Program-made: the position numbers and the translations under genes
Notes under the pieces: generated by a model
What the model saw: only the letters and a program-made list of their open reading frames with translations
What the model was told of the DNA's origin: nothing
Database searches by the model: none
DNA from: Macrostomum lignano
Lineage: Eukaryota
NCBI GenBank assembly: GCA_002269645.1
Contig: NIVC01004051.1
Location: 1 to 62,819 of the forward strand
Direction: 5' to 3'
DNA length: 62,819 bases
Shown: positions 12,840 through 40,007 of the stretch, in pieces
Layout: every line of letters starts with the position of its first letter
How positions within the stretch are numbered: the first letter of the stretch is position 1

Positions 12840-14223
12840 CAGCGGCGTCACCGTGGATTTTAGGGGGGGGGGGTCTGTCAAAGTCAAGAATTTTACGTGT
12901 ACATGTAAATAACTAAATTCCAACATGTACATCATTTTGAGAATCGGTGTTGTGAGCATTCATTTTGGCGCCGCAGGCACTCATTTTGGCGCTGCAGGCA
13001 CTCATTTTAGCGCCGCAGGCACTTATTTTGGCGCCGCAGGCACTTGTTTTGGCGCTGCAGGCACTCATTTTGGCGCCGCAGGCACTCATTTTGGCGCTGC
13101 AGGCACTCATTTTAGCGCCGCAGGCACTCATTTTGGCGCCGCAGGCACTTGTTTTGGCGCTGCAGGCACTCATTTTGGCGCCGCAGGCACTCATTTTTGC
13201 AGCTCGCGCCGCAGGCACTCATTTTGGCGCCGCAGGCACTTGTTTTGGCGCTGTAGGCACTCATTTTGGCGCCGCAGGCACTCATTTTAGCGACGCATGC
13301 ACTCATTTTACGCTCGTAGCGCCGCAGGCACTCATTTTGGCGCCGCAGGCACTCATTTTGCGCCGCAGGCACTTTTTTGGCGCTGTAGGCACTCATTTTG
13401 GCGCCGCAGGCACTCATTTTAGCGCGCAGCACTCATTTTACGCTCGTAGCGCCGCAGGCACTCATTTTAGCGCCGCAGGCACTCATTTTAGCGCCGCAGG
13501 CACTCATTTTAGCGCCGCAGGCACTCATTTTAGCGCCGCAGGCACTCATTTTGGCGCCGCAGGCACTTTTTTGGCGCTGCAGGCACTCATTTTAGCGCCG
13601 CAGGCACTCATTTTAGCGCTGCAGGCACTCATTTTAGCGCCGCAGGCACTCATTTTGGCGCCGCAGGCACTCATTTTAGCGCCGCAGGCACTCATTTTGG
13701 CGCTGCAGGCACTCATTTTAGCGCCGCAGGCACTCATTTTAGCGCTGCAGGCACTCATTTTAGCGCCGCAGGCACTCATTTTAGCGACGCATGCACTCAT
13801 TTTACGCTCGTAGCGCCGCAGGCACTCATTTTGCGCCGCAGGCACATGTTTTGGCGCTGCAGGCACTCATTTTAGCGCCGCAGGCACTCATTTTGGCGCC
13901 GCAGGCACTCATTTTAGCGCCGCAGGCACTCATTTTAGCGACGCATGCATTCATTTTACGCTCTTAGCGCCGCAGGCACTCATTTTAGCGCCGCAGGCAC
14001 TCATCCCTCATTTCGGCGCCGCATGCATTCATTTTTGCGCCGCAGGCACTCATTTTGGTGCCACATATGCTATATTTTAGCGCACTGAAACAAAATTATT
14101 GATTTCCACAACGGATCCACAACAAGGTGGGGTGGGAGGGACAAAGCATTGGCATGTCCGCCCATAGCTTTTACTGGGGGGACATGTCCCCTCTGTCCCC
14201 CCCCCCCGGTGGCGACGCCCCTG
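12840..14223. mobile_element. Putative non-autonomous hAT-like element carrying an internal 21-bp array
   Basis: Left end CAGCGGCGTCACC followed by poly-G; right end GGTGGCGACGCCCCTG preceded by poly-C. The 8-bp flanks ACCCTGTT and AGGCTGAT match at only 5 of 8 positions. Confidence 0.45.
12960..14060. repeat. 21-bp minisatellite (GCGCCGCAGGCACTCATTTTG/A), about 50 copies
   Basis: Direct repeats; ORFs repeat APQALIL and AAGTHFG. Confidence 0.95.
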
Positions 14224-14329
14224 AGGCTGATATTAAGCCTTATTATTAAGCCAGTGTCTAAGTGTAAGCGTTGTACAGCAGCTGCCTGTCTCTACAACCG
14301 CCCCTGAAGTAACGCTGCTCTCTGTCTGT

Positions 14330-14500
14330 CAGGTAGGGCCTCAGAATGTACAGGACAGCCCAAGCAAGCGTTGTTGGGATTGGGAACTAGACCATCTAGG
14401 TAGATGAGCTGCTGACATCGCGGAAGTTCGGCACCTGACCGACACTCGCGGTAACAGCAACCAGCTGGTCCAGCTGTCGCTGGGCGCCCTCGACAGTTAA
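14330..14500 (+). mobile_element. Degraded fragment resembling the start of an RTE-clade LINE endonuclease
   Basis: Conceptual translation VGPQNVQD...ELDHLG-x-AA-x-EVR, with a stop and indels, resembles the APE motifs IGTWNVRT...ELxxLxIDIAALSEVR. Confidence 0.3.
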
Positions 14501-16957
14501 GTTACAAGAGATTTATGATGCCATGGGAGATCTGTTTAATACTGTTTAATATGATTTATGATTTATGATTGACAATTTGGTGATAATTTTGCAGTGACTA
14601 GCGATAACTAGTCCGCATCAAAAAGTGAATTTTTCAGCTACACTTTACCAAATAGAAGTTGATAAACTTTCAAAAACACCAGGCACATTATGCGCGAGCT
14701 ACTTGCATTTTACGAGGTAGAGCTCATTATCGCGAAAACATCCGATTGTTCCGCTTGCATTAGCCGCTTCCATTTATCCGAGTCACTTTATTGTTTCCCT
14801 TTCATCCTGTCCAGGTACAGTCAAACATCGACCCAGAGCCCAGCTTGTTGCTGAAATCCGATCCATCCCTCTGTGTCGTCGTTTTTCCCTCTGTCATCCC
14901 GGCTAAACAGACGATAATGCTGGCTAACTTCTGCTCCAAATGCGCCCGGATATCAAAGCAGCCATCGATCCCAGATACTGGCAGTCGCAAAAAATGTTAT
15001 CTTTCTCTGCATCCCCGCAGTTCCCTAGGGAGATTTTAGCCGATGGCAGAGGCCAGGGCAGGGGATAAAAGTCTCCAGGCTGTCAGGTAGAAAATGATGC
15101 TAAGCCGATCCCTTTTATATTATTAGTCGTCTTTGACATTGACCGGATCGCATTTCGCTGACCCTGTTCCTGCCTCGGCCCGGCCTCCACCCTCCCTGCT
15201 CTCGTGCTCGTCTATAGTTCTCTGGCGGCCCGCTCTCAAGTTCGCAATGCAGTTCTGTTTGATTGATTTCGGATTATCGACTGCAACGAAAAGCGCAAGG
15301 CGGAAGCTCGACCGCCCCAAGAAGAGATTAATTAGTTGAGTGGATTGACTACTATTTTGTTCATCTATCTACTTTCACGATAGTGAGTAAGTAGTATTGT
15401 ATGATTTTATGCACTATCAATGGAATGTTTATTTCGAATATTGATTAAGAAGACGCACTTAGTGCAATCGAAAAAGTGGCCAGGGTGCAGCAGCCAAAGG
15501 CGCGGCGGCTTCTGTAACTTCGCGGTGCATCTAAAGGCTGTGTACAGCTTGTACACCGCACAGAACTCAGAATCTTGGAGTCGCAACTCCTAGGCTGTGA
15601 TCCCATGCTGAGGTATTTCTACCGCAGCTCTGAGCTGCTACCCAATCACAGCGGGTTGGAACTTCAGCTCAGCCTAATTTGCACCTCGCTTGCGGTGACT
15701 TTTATAAGCCAATTTAGCTATTTAACCGTACTAAAGAACTGAATCTTTGACCATGAAATAAGAAATAGTGAAAAATACTTACCACACTACTCATTTTAAG
15801 CATAGTCGATTCGTTGTTTTTGTCGATTTTTTTCGTACAAGTTCCAATAAAAAATGATGATAAAATCGCCTCGAGTGGATAGGCTTGCCAATGGCGAGCT
15901 ATGCAGTGAATTCTATAAATGTTCATATGCATATTCAGATATATTTGTTAATAATTTGTAGTATGTATTAATAGTAGTCAATAGTAGCAAATTGAATCGA
16001 GAAGCATGTAGCAACGCTCTGCAATAGTACGAGTAGAAAACGAATGTGCTTGGGTAGGCTCTGCTGGGGTGGCGGTGCTGTCTGCTCAAGCAAGAGGGAG
16101 TTCAGAAATTGCAAAAATATGTAGCATTAAAAGTCGAGCCAAACAGCGGAGAGATACAGAGGGAGAACGTGAAAAGAAGGAGGAAAAAGTAAAAACTGAT
16201 TCCAATCATTTTAACCCAGCGGTGATCAAAATTTTCTTAACTCAAAACCCGTCAACTCGTTACATCACTATAGCCTGCGAAAAACTGTCTGCGACCAATG
16301 TGCATCGAAAACAGCTATTTATGCAGTAGAAACTTGAGTAGGATATCTCTCGGTGGAGAAAATATTGGACAGTAGAACACACAATATCGAACGAGTGCAG
16401 CCTGCAGTTGGCAAAGTCTGAAATACTTTGTTGTTTTTTTTAAAAAAAAACTTCATCTATGAAGCGGACAGGAAAGAGAAAAACTGTGTGTGCAAAACAT
16501 AACAAGAACGATCGAGAATGTTGCTGGTATTGAGAGAGTTTCGCCCGCAGCCACACTGCTGGCAGCACCAGTTCTCTCAGATGAGGACCGCGCAGAGTTT
16601 GGGGGGGGGGTTGTCCTACTTTGCCCATTCTTTACTCTTGTGCTTTTAATTGGGATAAATTTCCATCTTTGTTTCACAAGCAGCCGCGATAGACAATGCA
16701 GCAGGCGAAATGGCTTCAGACAGACAGGCAAGGTAAAGAAATAGTGCACGCGCATGTCGCATGCGACAGGGTCACTGGGCGGAGAATCACACCGAACTCG
16801 ACACATGATTTTTCAGGGGTAGGGGGGGGTCGAATACGGCCTGGACGGGAGGGAGAAACTATGAGGGCCGTATTCTGTAGGAACCCTGCGAGCGAATACT
16901 AAGGATCACCGATTCCTGCTTTTAGACTTTTGAACCGGGAGAAACTACCCCCCGTCA

Positions 16958-29499
<12,542 letters not shown>

Positions 29500-30914
29500 A
29501 TCTCTCAATAGTCTCTATTGCTAGCTTAGAGGCAGCATTTCTGGCACCTTCGGCCCGGCCTGAACCCAGCGGGGGGGGAGCAAATTATCTCGGATTATCT
29601 CTCGGTAAAAAAATAGCCTTGCAAAATCCAGACGCCGTTTTGTAATGACAATAGCGGCTCAATATATTGTTCCCCCACCCTGACGTGTCAGCGGTTGCAG
29701 CTATCTTTGCAGCCAAACCGGGGGGGGGGGGGCAGCAGATCAGAGAGGAAGGGAAGTGAAGCAAGGGAGTACAGCACAGAGCTGAGCAGCAGAGTGAGGG
29801 AGCAGAGCAAGGCTGCCAACTCTTGCCAGAATCTCTCTCTCTGGCTGGTAGACCGCACTTGACTATAGTGGGCGAAGCTCTGCGAGGGGAGCGGGGCGGG
29901 GCAGGAGGCGGAGAGAAAGGCGGTCAGCACGGCAGGCCTGCGGTGCTCCCCACCCGCCTGCTGCTGAGCTGCAGTACTCACCCTCCGCTCTCCGCCTTCT
30001 CCCAGCCAGCCAGAGCTGAGTCCCACCTTCCTCATCCCCTCCCTACCTCTGCACTCTCCTCTCCCTCGCCTCACCGACCCGGCCCGGGTAAGGGAGGAGG
30101 GGGTGGGTGGCCGCAGCTTTGCAGGCAGCGCTCCAGGCTCAACTTATTGATCCCGAGACATTAGGGGAAGGGCATTGGCGAAGCTGGGAGGGGAGGAGAG
30201 GGGAGCCGGGACAGAGGGAGAGAGAGGGGGGAAAGAGTGGCGTGTGGGAGTGCCGAGTGCACTTTTATCATCGGCACTGTATGTGACTGCGATGAGGCCG
30301 CTGCCATATATGGAAAGCCCTAAATATAAATTATAAGACGGCAATTCCGTTTGGCACATAGACATCGCCGACAGCGAAACTGTGCCAGTTTTACACGGTC
30401 TAAAATCGGATTATAGTGCGATCGGAAACCGTTACACTGCTTTGGAGAAGAGATTGAATCACCGCTGTGTTGTCACTAGAAAATCAAGGTGAATTTTTTA
30501 CTTTGACTCAACCTTTCTATTCTGAAAAAATTGTGCTTTTCAACAAGAATTGCTTTGAGAAAGAATTCTACGCTTGTACGAAAGATTTCTTAGAAATCCT
30601 TTTTTAAACGCTACTTTATCGGCTTGATGACAAAAATATCTACCAGTCTACTGTAAGTAGACAGATCGAATTTACATGTTATAAATTAATCTTAATGTCA
30701 TTACCTGTGATTAGCTAGCAGCTGCTAGCAGGGAGAAAGAGAGTGGGCTCAATCCAGTTTTGAAGCGGATGAGAACAGGATTTAAGGTGCATTTGGCAAC
30801 ACTCACAGCCCCACCCTGTGCAAAAGCTGGTAAAGTATACTCGTAGTTACAGAAACGGTGCCGATAAAGTTAGCGGCGACGATAACGTTATAGATGACAG
30901 TAAATTGACTGGTG

Positions 30915-31220
30915 ACAGTAAAGTTATAGTACCATACAGGTAACAGTAAAGCAACAGTACCAGGTAACGGTAAAGTTACAGTACCAGGTAACGGTAAAGT
31001 TACAGTACTAGGTAACGGTAAAGCAACAGTACCATGTAACAGTAAAGTTACAGTACCAGGTAAAGGTAAAGTTACAGTACCAGGTAAAGGTAAAGTTACA
31101 GTACCAGGTAAAGGTAAAGTTACAGTACCAGGTAAAGGTAAAGTTACAGTACCAGGTAAAGGTAAAGTTACAGTACCAGGTAACGGTAAAGTTACAGTAC
31201 CAGGTAACGGTAAAGTTACA
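30915..31220. repeat. 24-bp tandem repeat (GTAAAGTTACAGTACCAGGTAAAG/CG), about 12 copies
   Basis: Direct repeats seen in sequence. Confidence 0.9.
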
Positions 31221-32414
31221 AGTTAGAGTAACCGCAGGTCACTACAATCCCAGCAAGTTGCATGCAGCTAGAATTAAAATCCGGACTGCTCACTCAGTCA
31301 CGCCCGGCTGCCTTCTATCTGTGTGCTTCTCCTTCAGCGTGCGAATGAGCTCCCTCTGCATTTCTGTGGTTTCAGCGGCAGGTTTGGCGACTTCCGCAGC
31401 CTCCGATGGAGACGCCTTGTGAAGAGACCGGGCGAGCAGACTCATGGCAGCAAAACCGAGCAGCAAGGATTGATTTTGCCTTTTCGCTGCTTCTGCAGTT
31501 GCTGCTTCTGTAGTTGCTGCTTCTGTGGTTGCTGCTTCTGTGGTTGCTGCTTCTGCAGTTGCTGCTTCTGTGGTTGCCGATTCCGCAGTTTCTGCTTCTG
31601 TGACTGCCGATTCTGTGGTTTTTTGCTTCTGTGTTTACTGCTTCCGTATTTCTAATCTTACTAATTTCTCGCACACTGCTTCACAACTTCTGTTTTCCAT
31701 TAAGCACTCTGTCCAGACTTCATCTGCCCATCTGTCCATGGCATTGCAGAGTTTGTCCAAAGTAAATTGAAGCCTCAACTAACAATCCGCCTGTTCTTTT
31801 GCAACAACATTCTAATAAGATCGTTTGCGGCAAAAAAGCAGAAAAAAAATCTGAGAACCAGATCAGTCAGCGGAGCAAGTGCAGAATTAGCGATTTAGTC
31901 AGTGCGCCATTCTTAACGCCGTGTCTCCTGGAACTCGTTCCCTCGTTCACCCCCCCCCCCCCCTAAACTGGCTTACCTCTGATTGCTTCTCACGGATAGG
32001 GAGGGAGGAAGCTCTGTGCGCTCGGTTTTGGGAAGTCCGCTGGCTTCAAATTGGGATAATCATGTGCCGCACTGGCGGTGAAAGAACAGGGGGGGGGGGG
32101 GGTCGGGGAGGGAGAGCGGCGCCCGCGAGTAGGAGAAAGAAATCTCCCCTGAGTACGAAGTAAGAAGACGCGGCGGCAACGAAACTTGGGAAGTCTTTGG
32201 CATGCCCCCCCCAAATCGACTTCACCTCAGTTCAGCCTGTACAATAGCTGTTAAGCGTCTGGTGCAGCCAGGCTTTATGGGAAAATTATTAGTGCTGGAG
32301 CACTGGATGAGAAATTTGGTGCAATTTATTTCCATGGCATGAAATATCGCTTCTGTTATAAAGCTGTAGACAAAAATAGCTTTTGAAAGTCAATGACTTG
32401 ATTCAAGTACTTGC

Positions 32415-33025
32415 TAACCCCTCTGCATCTACCCCTCTGCATCTACCCCTCTGCATCTACCCCTCTGCATCTACCCCTCTGCATCTACCCCTCTGCATCT
32501 ACCCCTCTGCATCTACCCCTCTGCATACCCCTCTGCATACCCCTCTGCATCTACCCCTCTGCATACTCCTCTGCATACCCCTCTGCATCTACCCCTCTGC
32601 ATCTACCCCTCTGCATACTCCTCTGCATACCCCTCTGCATCTACCCCTCTGCATACTCCTCTGCATACCCCTCTGCATCTACCCCTCTGCATACCCCTCT
32701 GCATACCCCTCTGTATACCCCTCTGCATACCCCTCTGCATCTACCCCTCTGCATACCCCTCTGCATCTACCCCTCTGCATCTACCCCTCTGCATCTACCT
32801 CTCTGCATACCCCTCTGCATACCCCTCTGCATCTACCCCTCTGCATACTCCTCTGCATCTACCCTCTGCATTTACCCCTCTGCACCTACCCCTCTGCATC
32901 TACCCCTCAACATCTACCCCTCAACATCTACCCCTCAACATCTACCCCTCTGTATCTACCCCAAAGCATCATCTACCCCTCAACATCTACCCCTCAACAT
33001 CTACCCCTCAACATCTACCCCTCTA
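32415..33025. repeat. 14-bp minisatellite (CTACCCCTCTGCAT) with 12-bp and CAACAT variants
   Basis: Direct repeats seen in sequence. Confidence 0.95.
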
Positions 33026-33466
33026 CACCCAACCCGCTACAGCACCCCTTCAATTTCTACCGAATTGCTTCATCATCCCTTTTCCCTCTCTTCTCCTTCC
33101 GTTCATTTTTGTTCCAATAAAAATAAAGATTTTGCTAGTCATTTCCCTTATTTTCTTCCCGAAGTTTTCTAGACAGGAAATCTGAGCAAAATATGCCAGA
33201 CGGCTCAATAATCCCCAAGGCCTCAAAGCTGATTAGTCCTCTGCACAAAAATTCGGATATGAAATTGGACTCAGGCCAAATGACTGACTGAATCCCGACT
33301 GTCTAATAAGGACTGGAGAACTAAAAATGGCCAAACTAAAAATTGAAGTTCTACTTTTGAATAGTTTTTGCTTTGATCAATGCATACAAGTTGCGAATAT
33401 AGACTTCCCGTTTCGCTATTGCCAAAAGGAAATTTTTAATGAGGAAATATTTCGAATTTTTTACAT

Positions 33467-33630
33467 TGGACCAAGCTTGCATCACATGGGACCAAGCTTA
33501 CATCACATGAGACCAAGCTTACATCACATGGGACCAAGCTTACATCACATGAGACCAAGCTTACATCACATTGGACCAAGCTTGCATCACATGAGACCAA
33601 GCTTGCATCACATTGGACCAAGCATACATC
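33467..33630. repeat. 21-bp array (GGACCAAGCTTACATCACATG), about 7 copies
   Basis: Direct repeats abutting the larger AAGCTT array. Confidence 0.9.
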
Positions 33631-33634
33631 ACGG

Positions 33635-36600
33635 ATCAAGCTTCAATGGATTCTGATTAAGCTTCAATGGATTCTAATTAAGCTTCAATGGATTCTAATT
33701 AAGCTTCAATCGATTTTGATTAAGCTTCAATGGATTCTAATTAAGCTTCAATCGATTTTGATTAAGCTTCAATGGATTCTCATGAAGCTTCAATCGATTT
33801 TGATTAAGCTTCCTTCAATCGATTTTGATTAGGCTTCCTTCAATCGATTCTCATTAAGCTTCAATCGATTCTGGTTAAGCTTCAATGGATTCTGATTAAG
33901 CTTCAGTCAATTCTGATTAAGCTTCAATGGATTCTCATTAAGCTTCAATTGATTCTGATTAAGCTTCAATGAATTCTCATTAAGCTTCAATGAATTCTCA
34001 TTAAGCTTCAATCGATTCTGATTAAGCTTCAATGGATTCTAATTAAGCTTCAATCGATTTTGATTAAGCTTCAATGGATTCTAATTAAGCTTCAATCGAT
34101 TTTGATTAAGCTTCAATGGATTCTCATGAAGCTTCAATCGATTTTGATTAAGCTTCCTTCAATCGATTTTGATTAAGCTTCCTTCAATCGATTCTCATTA
34201 AGCTTCAATCGATTCTGATTAAGCTTCAATGGATTCTGATTAAGCTTCAATGGATTCTAATTAAGCTTCAATCGATTTTGATTAAGCTTCAATGGATTCT
34301 CATGAAGCTTCAATCGATTTTGATTAAGCTTCCTTCAATCGATTCTCATTAAGCTTTAATCGATTCTGGTTAAGCTTCAATGGATTCTGATTAAGCTTCA
34401 GTCAATTCTGATTAAGCTTCAATGGATTCTCATGAAGCTTCAATCGATTTTGATTAAGCTTCCTTCAATCGATTTTGATTAAGCTTCCTTCAATCGATTC
34501 TCATTAAGCTTTAATCGATTCTGGTTAAGCTTCAATGGATTCTGATTAAGCTTCAGTCAATTCTGATTAAGCTTCAATGGATTCTCCTTAAGCTTCAATT
34601 GATTCTGATTAAGCTTCAATGAATTCTCATTAAGCTTCAATGAATTCTCATTAAGCTTCAATCGATTCTGATTAAGCTTCAATGGATTCTGATTAAGCTT
34701 CAATGGATTCTAATTAAGCTTCAATCGATTTTGATTAAGCTTCAATGGATTCTCATGAAGCTTCAATCGATTTTGATTAAGCTTCCTTCAATCGATTTTG
34801 ATTAAGCTTCCTTCAATCGATTCTCATTAAGCTTTAATCGATTCTGGTTAAGCTTCAATGGATTCTGATTAAGCTTCAGTCAATTCTGATTAAGCTTCAA
34901 TGGATTCTCATTAAGCTTCAATTGATTCTGATTAAGCTTCAATGAATTCTCATTAAGCTTCAATGAATTCTCATTAAGCTTCAATCGATTCTGATTAAGC
35001 TTCAATGGATTCTGATTAAGCTTCAATGGATTCTAATTAAGCTTCAATCGATTTTGATTAAGCTTCAATGGATTCTCATGAAGCTTCAATCGATTTTGAT
35101 TAAGCTTCCTTCAATCGATTTTGATTAAGCTTCCTTCAATCGATTCTCATTAAGCTTTAATCGATTCTGGTTAAGCTTCAATGGATTCTGATTAAGCTTC
35201 AGTCAATTCTGATTAAGCTTCAATGGATTCTCATTAAGCTTCAATTGATTCTGATTAAGCTTCAATGAATTCTCATTAAGCTTCAATGAATTCTCATTAA
35301 GCTTCAATCGATTCTGATTAAGCTTCAATGGATTCTGATTAAGCTTCAATGGATTCTAATTAAGCTTCAATCGATTTTGATTAAGCTTCAATGGATTCTC
35401 ATGAAGCTTCAATCGATTTTGATTAAGCTTCCTTCAATCGATTTTGATTAAGCTTCCTTCAATCGATTCTCATTAAGCTTTAATCGATTCTGGTTAAGCT
35501 TCAATGGATTCTGATTAAGCTTCAGTCAATTCTGATTAAGCTTCAATGAATTCTCATTAAGCTTCAATCGATTCTGATTAAGCTTCAATGGATTCTTATT
35601 AAGCTTCAATCGATTCTGATTAAGCTTCAATGGATTCTCATTAAGCTTCAATTGATTCTGATTAAGCTTCAATTTAATGGATTCTCATTAAGCTTCAATC
35701 GATTCTGATTAAGCTTCAATGGATTCTCATTAAGCTTCAATTGATTCTGATTAAGCTTCAATGAATTCTCATTAAGCTTCAATGGATTCTCATTAAGCTT
35801 CAATGGATTCTGATTAAGCTTCAATGGATTCTGATTAAGCTTCAATGGATTCTGATTAAGCTTCAATCGATTCTGATTAAGCTTCAATGGATTTTGATTA
35901 AGCTTCAATCGATTTTGATTAAGCTTCAATCGATTTTTTATTAAGCTTCAATCCATTCTGATTAAGCTTCAATCGTTTTTTATAAAGCTTCCTTCAATGG
36001 ATTCTGATTAAGCTTCAATGGATTCTGATTAAGCTTCAATCGATTTTGATAAAGCTTCAATCGATTTTGATAAAGCTTCCTTCAATGGATTCTGATTAAG
36101 CTTCAATGGATTCTGATTAAGCTTCAATCGATTTTGATAAAGCTTCCTTCAATGGATTCTGATTAAGCTTCAATGGATTCTGATTAAGCTTCAATCGATT
36201 CTGATTAAGCTTCCTTCAATCGATTCTGATTATGCTTCAATCAGTTTTGATTAAGCCTCAATCGGTTCTGATTAAGCTTCAATCGATTCTGATTACGCTT
36301 CCTTCAATCGATTTTGATTAAGCTTCAATCAGTTTTGATTAAGCCTCAATCGGTTCTGATTAAGCTTCAATCGATTCTGATTAAGCTTCAATGGATTCTG
36401 ATTAAGCTTCAATGGATTTCGATTAAGCCTCAATCGGTTCTGATTAAGCTTCAATGGATTCTGATTAAGCTTCAATGGATTTCGATTAAGCCTCAATCGG
36501 TTCTGATTAAGCTTCAATGGATTCTGATTAAGCTTCAATGGATTTCGATTAAGCCTCAATCGGTTCTGATTAAGCTTCAATGGATTCTGATTAAGCTTCA

Positions 36601-36645
36601 ATGGATTTCGATTAAGCCTCAATCGGTTCTGATTAAGCTTCAGTC
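33635..36645. repeat. 3-kb 21-bp minisatellite (GATTAAGCTTCAATGGATTCT) with a 323-bp higher-order repeat
   Basis: The diagnostic variant CAGTCAATTC recurs at 34554, 34877, 35200 and 35523. Confidence 0.95.
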
Positions 36646-36747
36646 AGTTGTGTAAATTTAAATGCATGTCTATGGCCTACCAAATCGGTATTCTCATCCT
36701 CTATTTACTGCATAACATCTGAAATCATACGAATATTTATTTTTCAG

Positions 36748-37320
36748 CTAGCCATCAACAAGCGCAGCTCGTCACCAATGGGGCTGCTTCGGCGTCGCAC
36801 CAACGTGCTGCTTGGCCACTACAGTCTCCATCCGCTTCAGCACCGGCATCAGCACCTGCATCAGCACCTGCATCAGCACCAGCAGCTTCAGCACCTGCTC
36901 TTCTCAGCCTCCAACGCAACCCTGTCCCGCTATCCCTACGAGAGAGCCGCGCTGCCCCGGCTGAGCGATGGCCAGCGCCGCCTGCGATTTCTAAATTTTG
37001 CGCTCATCATCCTAGCCTTCAGCACCGCCTACGCCGTCTTCATCCTGCGCTGCATCCAGTTCGGCCAGGTGCTCACAACCGGCCAGAACAGCGCCGTCGA
37101 GCTCGCCTGCATCGCCGGATTGGCCAGTTCCGGTTTCCTCCACGCCGTCTGCCTGCTGGTGCAGCTGATGGACAATCGGCGACAGAGACTGCCGGGAGGC
37201 TGCTGCTGGGGCCTCTGCGGCTGCTGCGCCAGGCCCGGCGGGGACGACCTGGCGTCCAACAGATCGCCGGGGTCGGAGACGGCGAGCAGCGGAGCGGCGT
37301 CTCTGATGACCGCAGCTTGA
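36748..37320 (+). CDS. Orphan coding exon for a protein with two hydrophobic segments, a His/Gln-rich N-terminal part and a Cys cluster
   Basis: Acceptor TTTTTCAG at 36747; open frame to TGA 37320; GC-rich codon usage like the other exons; FLNFALIILAFSTAYAVFIL and LACIAGLASSGFLHAVCLLV, then GCCWGLCGCC. No family recognised. Confidence 0.6.
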   Translation, partial: LAINKRSSSPMGLLRRRTNVLLGHYSLHPLQHRHQHLHQHLHQHQQLQHLLFSASNATLSRYPYERAALPRLSDGQRRLRFLNFALIILAFSTAYAVFILRCIQFGQVLTTGQNSAVELACIAGLASSGFLHAVCLLVQLMDNRRQRLPGGCCWGLCGCCARPGGDDLASNRSPGSETASSGAASLMTAA

Positions 37321-37491
37321 CAGTTTCTCTGTGGCTCCAATTAGTTCATTAGATTGAATTATTTCATTAGACAAGCTAAGGCTAGCGGCTGCTCTTCAAT
37401 AAGTAGGACTGTAGTTTCCAATATAATGTTTTAGTTTTAGTTTTTGCTAATAAAGCTGTATGTATCACTGCATTTTGAGACCCAGAGAGGT

Positions 37492-37622
37492 GTCAGACCC
37501 GCCATGTCAGACTGGGAGAGGCGTCAGACCCGCCATGTCAGACTGGGAGAGGCATCAGACCCGCCATGTCGGACTGGGAGAGGCGTCAGACCCGCCATGT
37601 CAGACTGGGAGAGGCGTCAGGC
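37492..37622. repeat. 31-bp tandem repeat (GTCAGACCCGCCATGTCAGACTGGGAGAGGC), 4 copies
   Basis: Direct repeats seen in sequence. Confidence 0.9.
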
Positions 37623-38388
37623 CCAGTCTATCTGTTTTCTAAGGACACAAAAGTTTATTATATCAAAGCGACATACACAAATCACTCACTCTCACGCAGA
37701 TAGACGAAATTCATTTTGTTTAAATTAATCAATTCACAAGACACAGGCCGTCAGTGGTTACTGGTTAAGAAACAGCTCGAAGTGTACGCACAGCAGGAAG
37801 TGCTTTCTCGATATAATAATCCGTTACCTACAAAATCAAGTCCAAGGAAAAAATGGCGTCTTTTTTAAATATAGCAGAAAGCTTGCACGGGTTCTAATGA
37901 AAACGAAGCCTAAATAAAACTTGGAGCAGTTTATAAAAATGGAAACTAATTCTACTACTAAAAAGTAACATAGTAAAATACTTAGCATATTATAAAAAAT
38001 CTTGGCGTAAGAATAAAATGGAAGAAAGCATTGCACAAACTATCAACGATGAAAAAGGCGCGATGCACATGTACTCCGAATTTGAGTCCGAATTGGAAAT
38101 GATTGCACTGAAGTTATAGTCTGATAAATATTATGTCACAAATATTTGTAATTGGCAATGCTTAGTGTGGTGTACATTTTTTCAAGAAAAAATTGCACCA
38201 TTAAACACGGAAAGTCCAAAAGTCCAAAGTTAAACACGTAGAGAATTTCTACGAAATCCATAGCTATCTTACTTCACAAAATCTGTAAAAGTGCGTTGGA
38301 AATCCAACGGTAAAGATGATGAGCTTAGTGACTACGAGCGTATCTGAAGATATGATGGATTCGACCATGCAGTCAGTAGAATGCTGCA

Positions 38389-40007
<1,619 letters not shown>

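Noticed and set aside
30144-30365. 73-aa minus-strand ORF as an extra RIM first coding exon
   Set aside because: Ends in a stop with no usable in-frame donor identified and has no RIM similarity; more likely UTR or promoter
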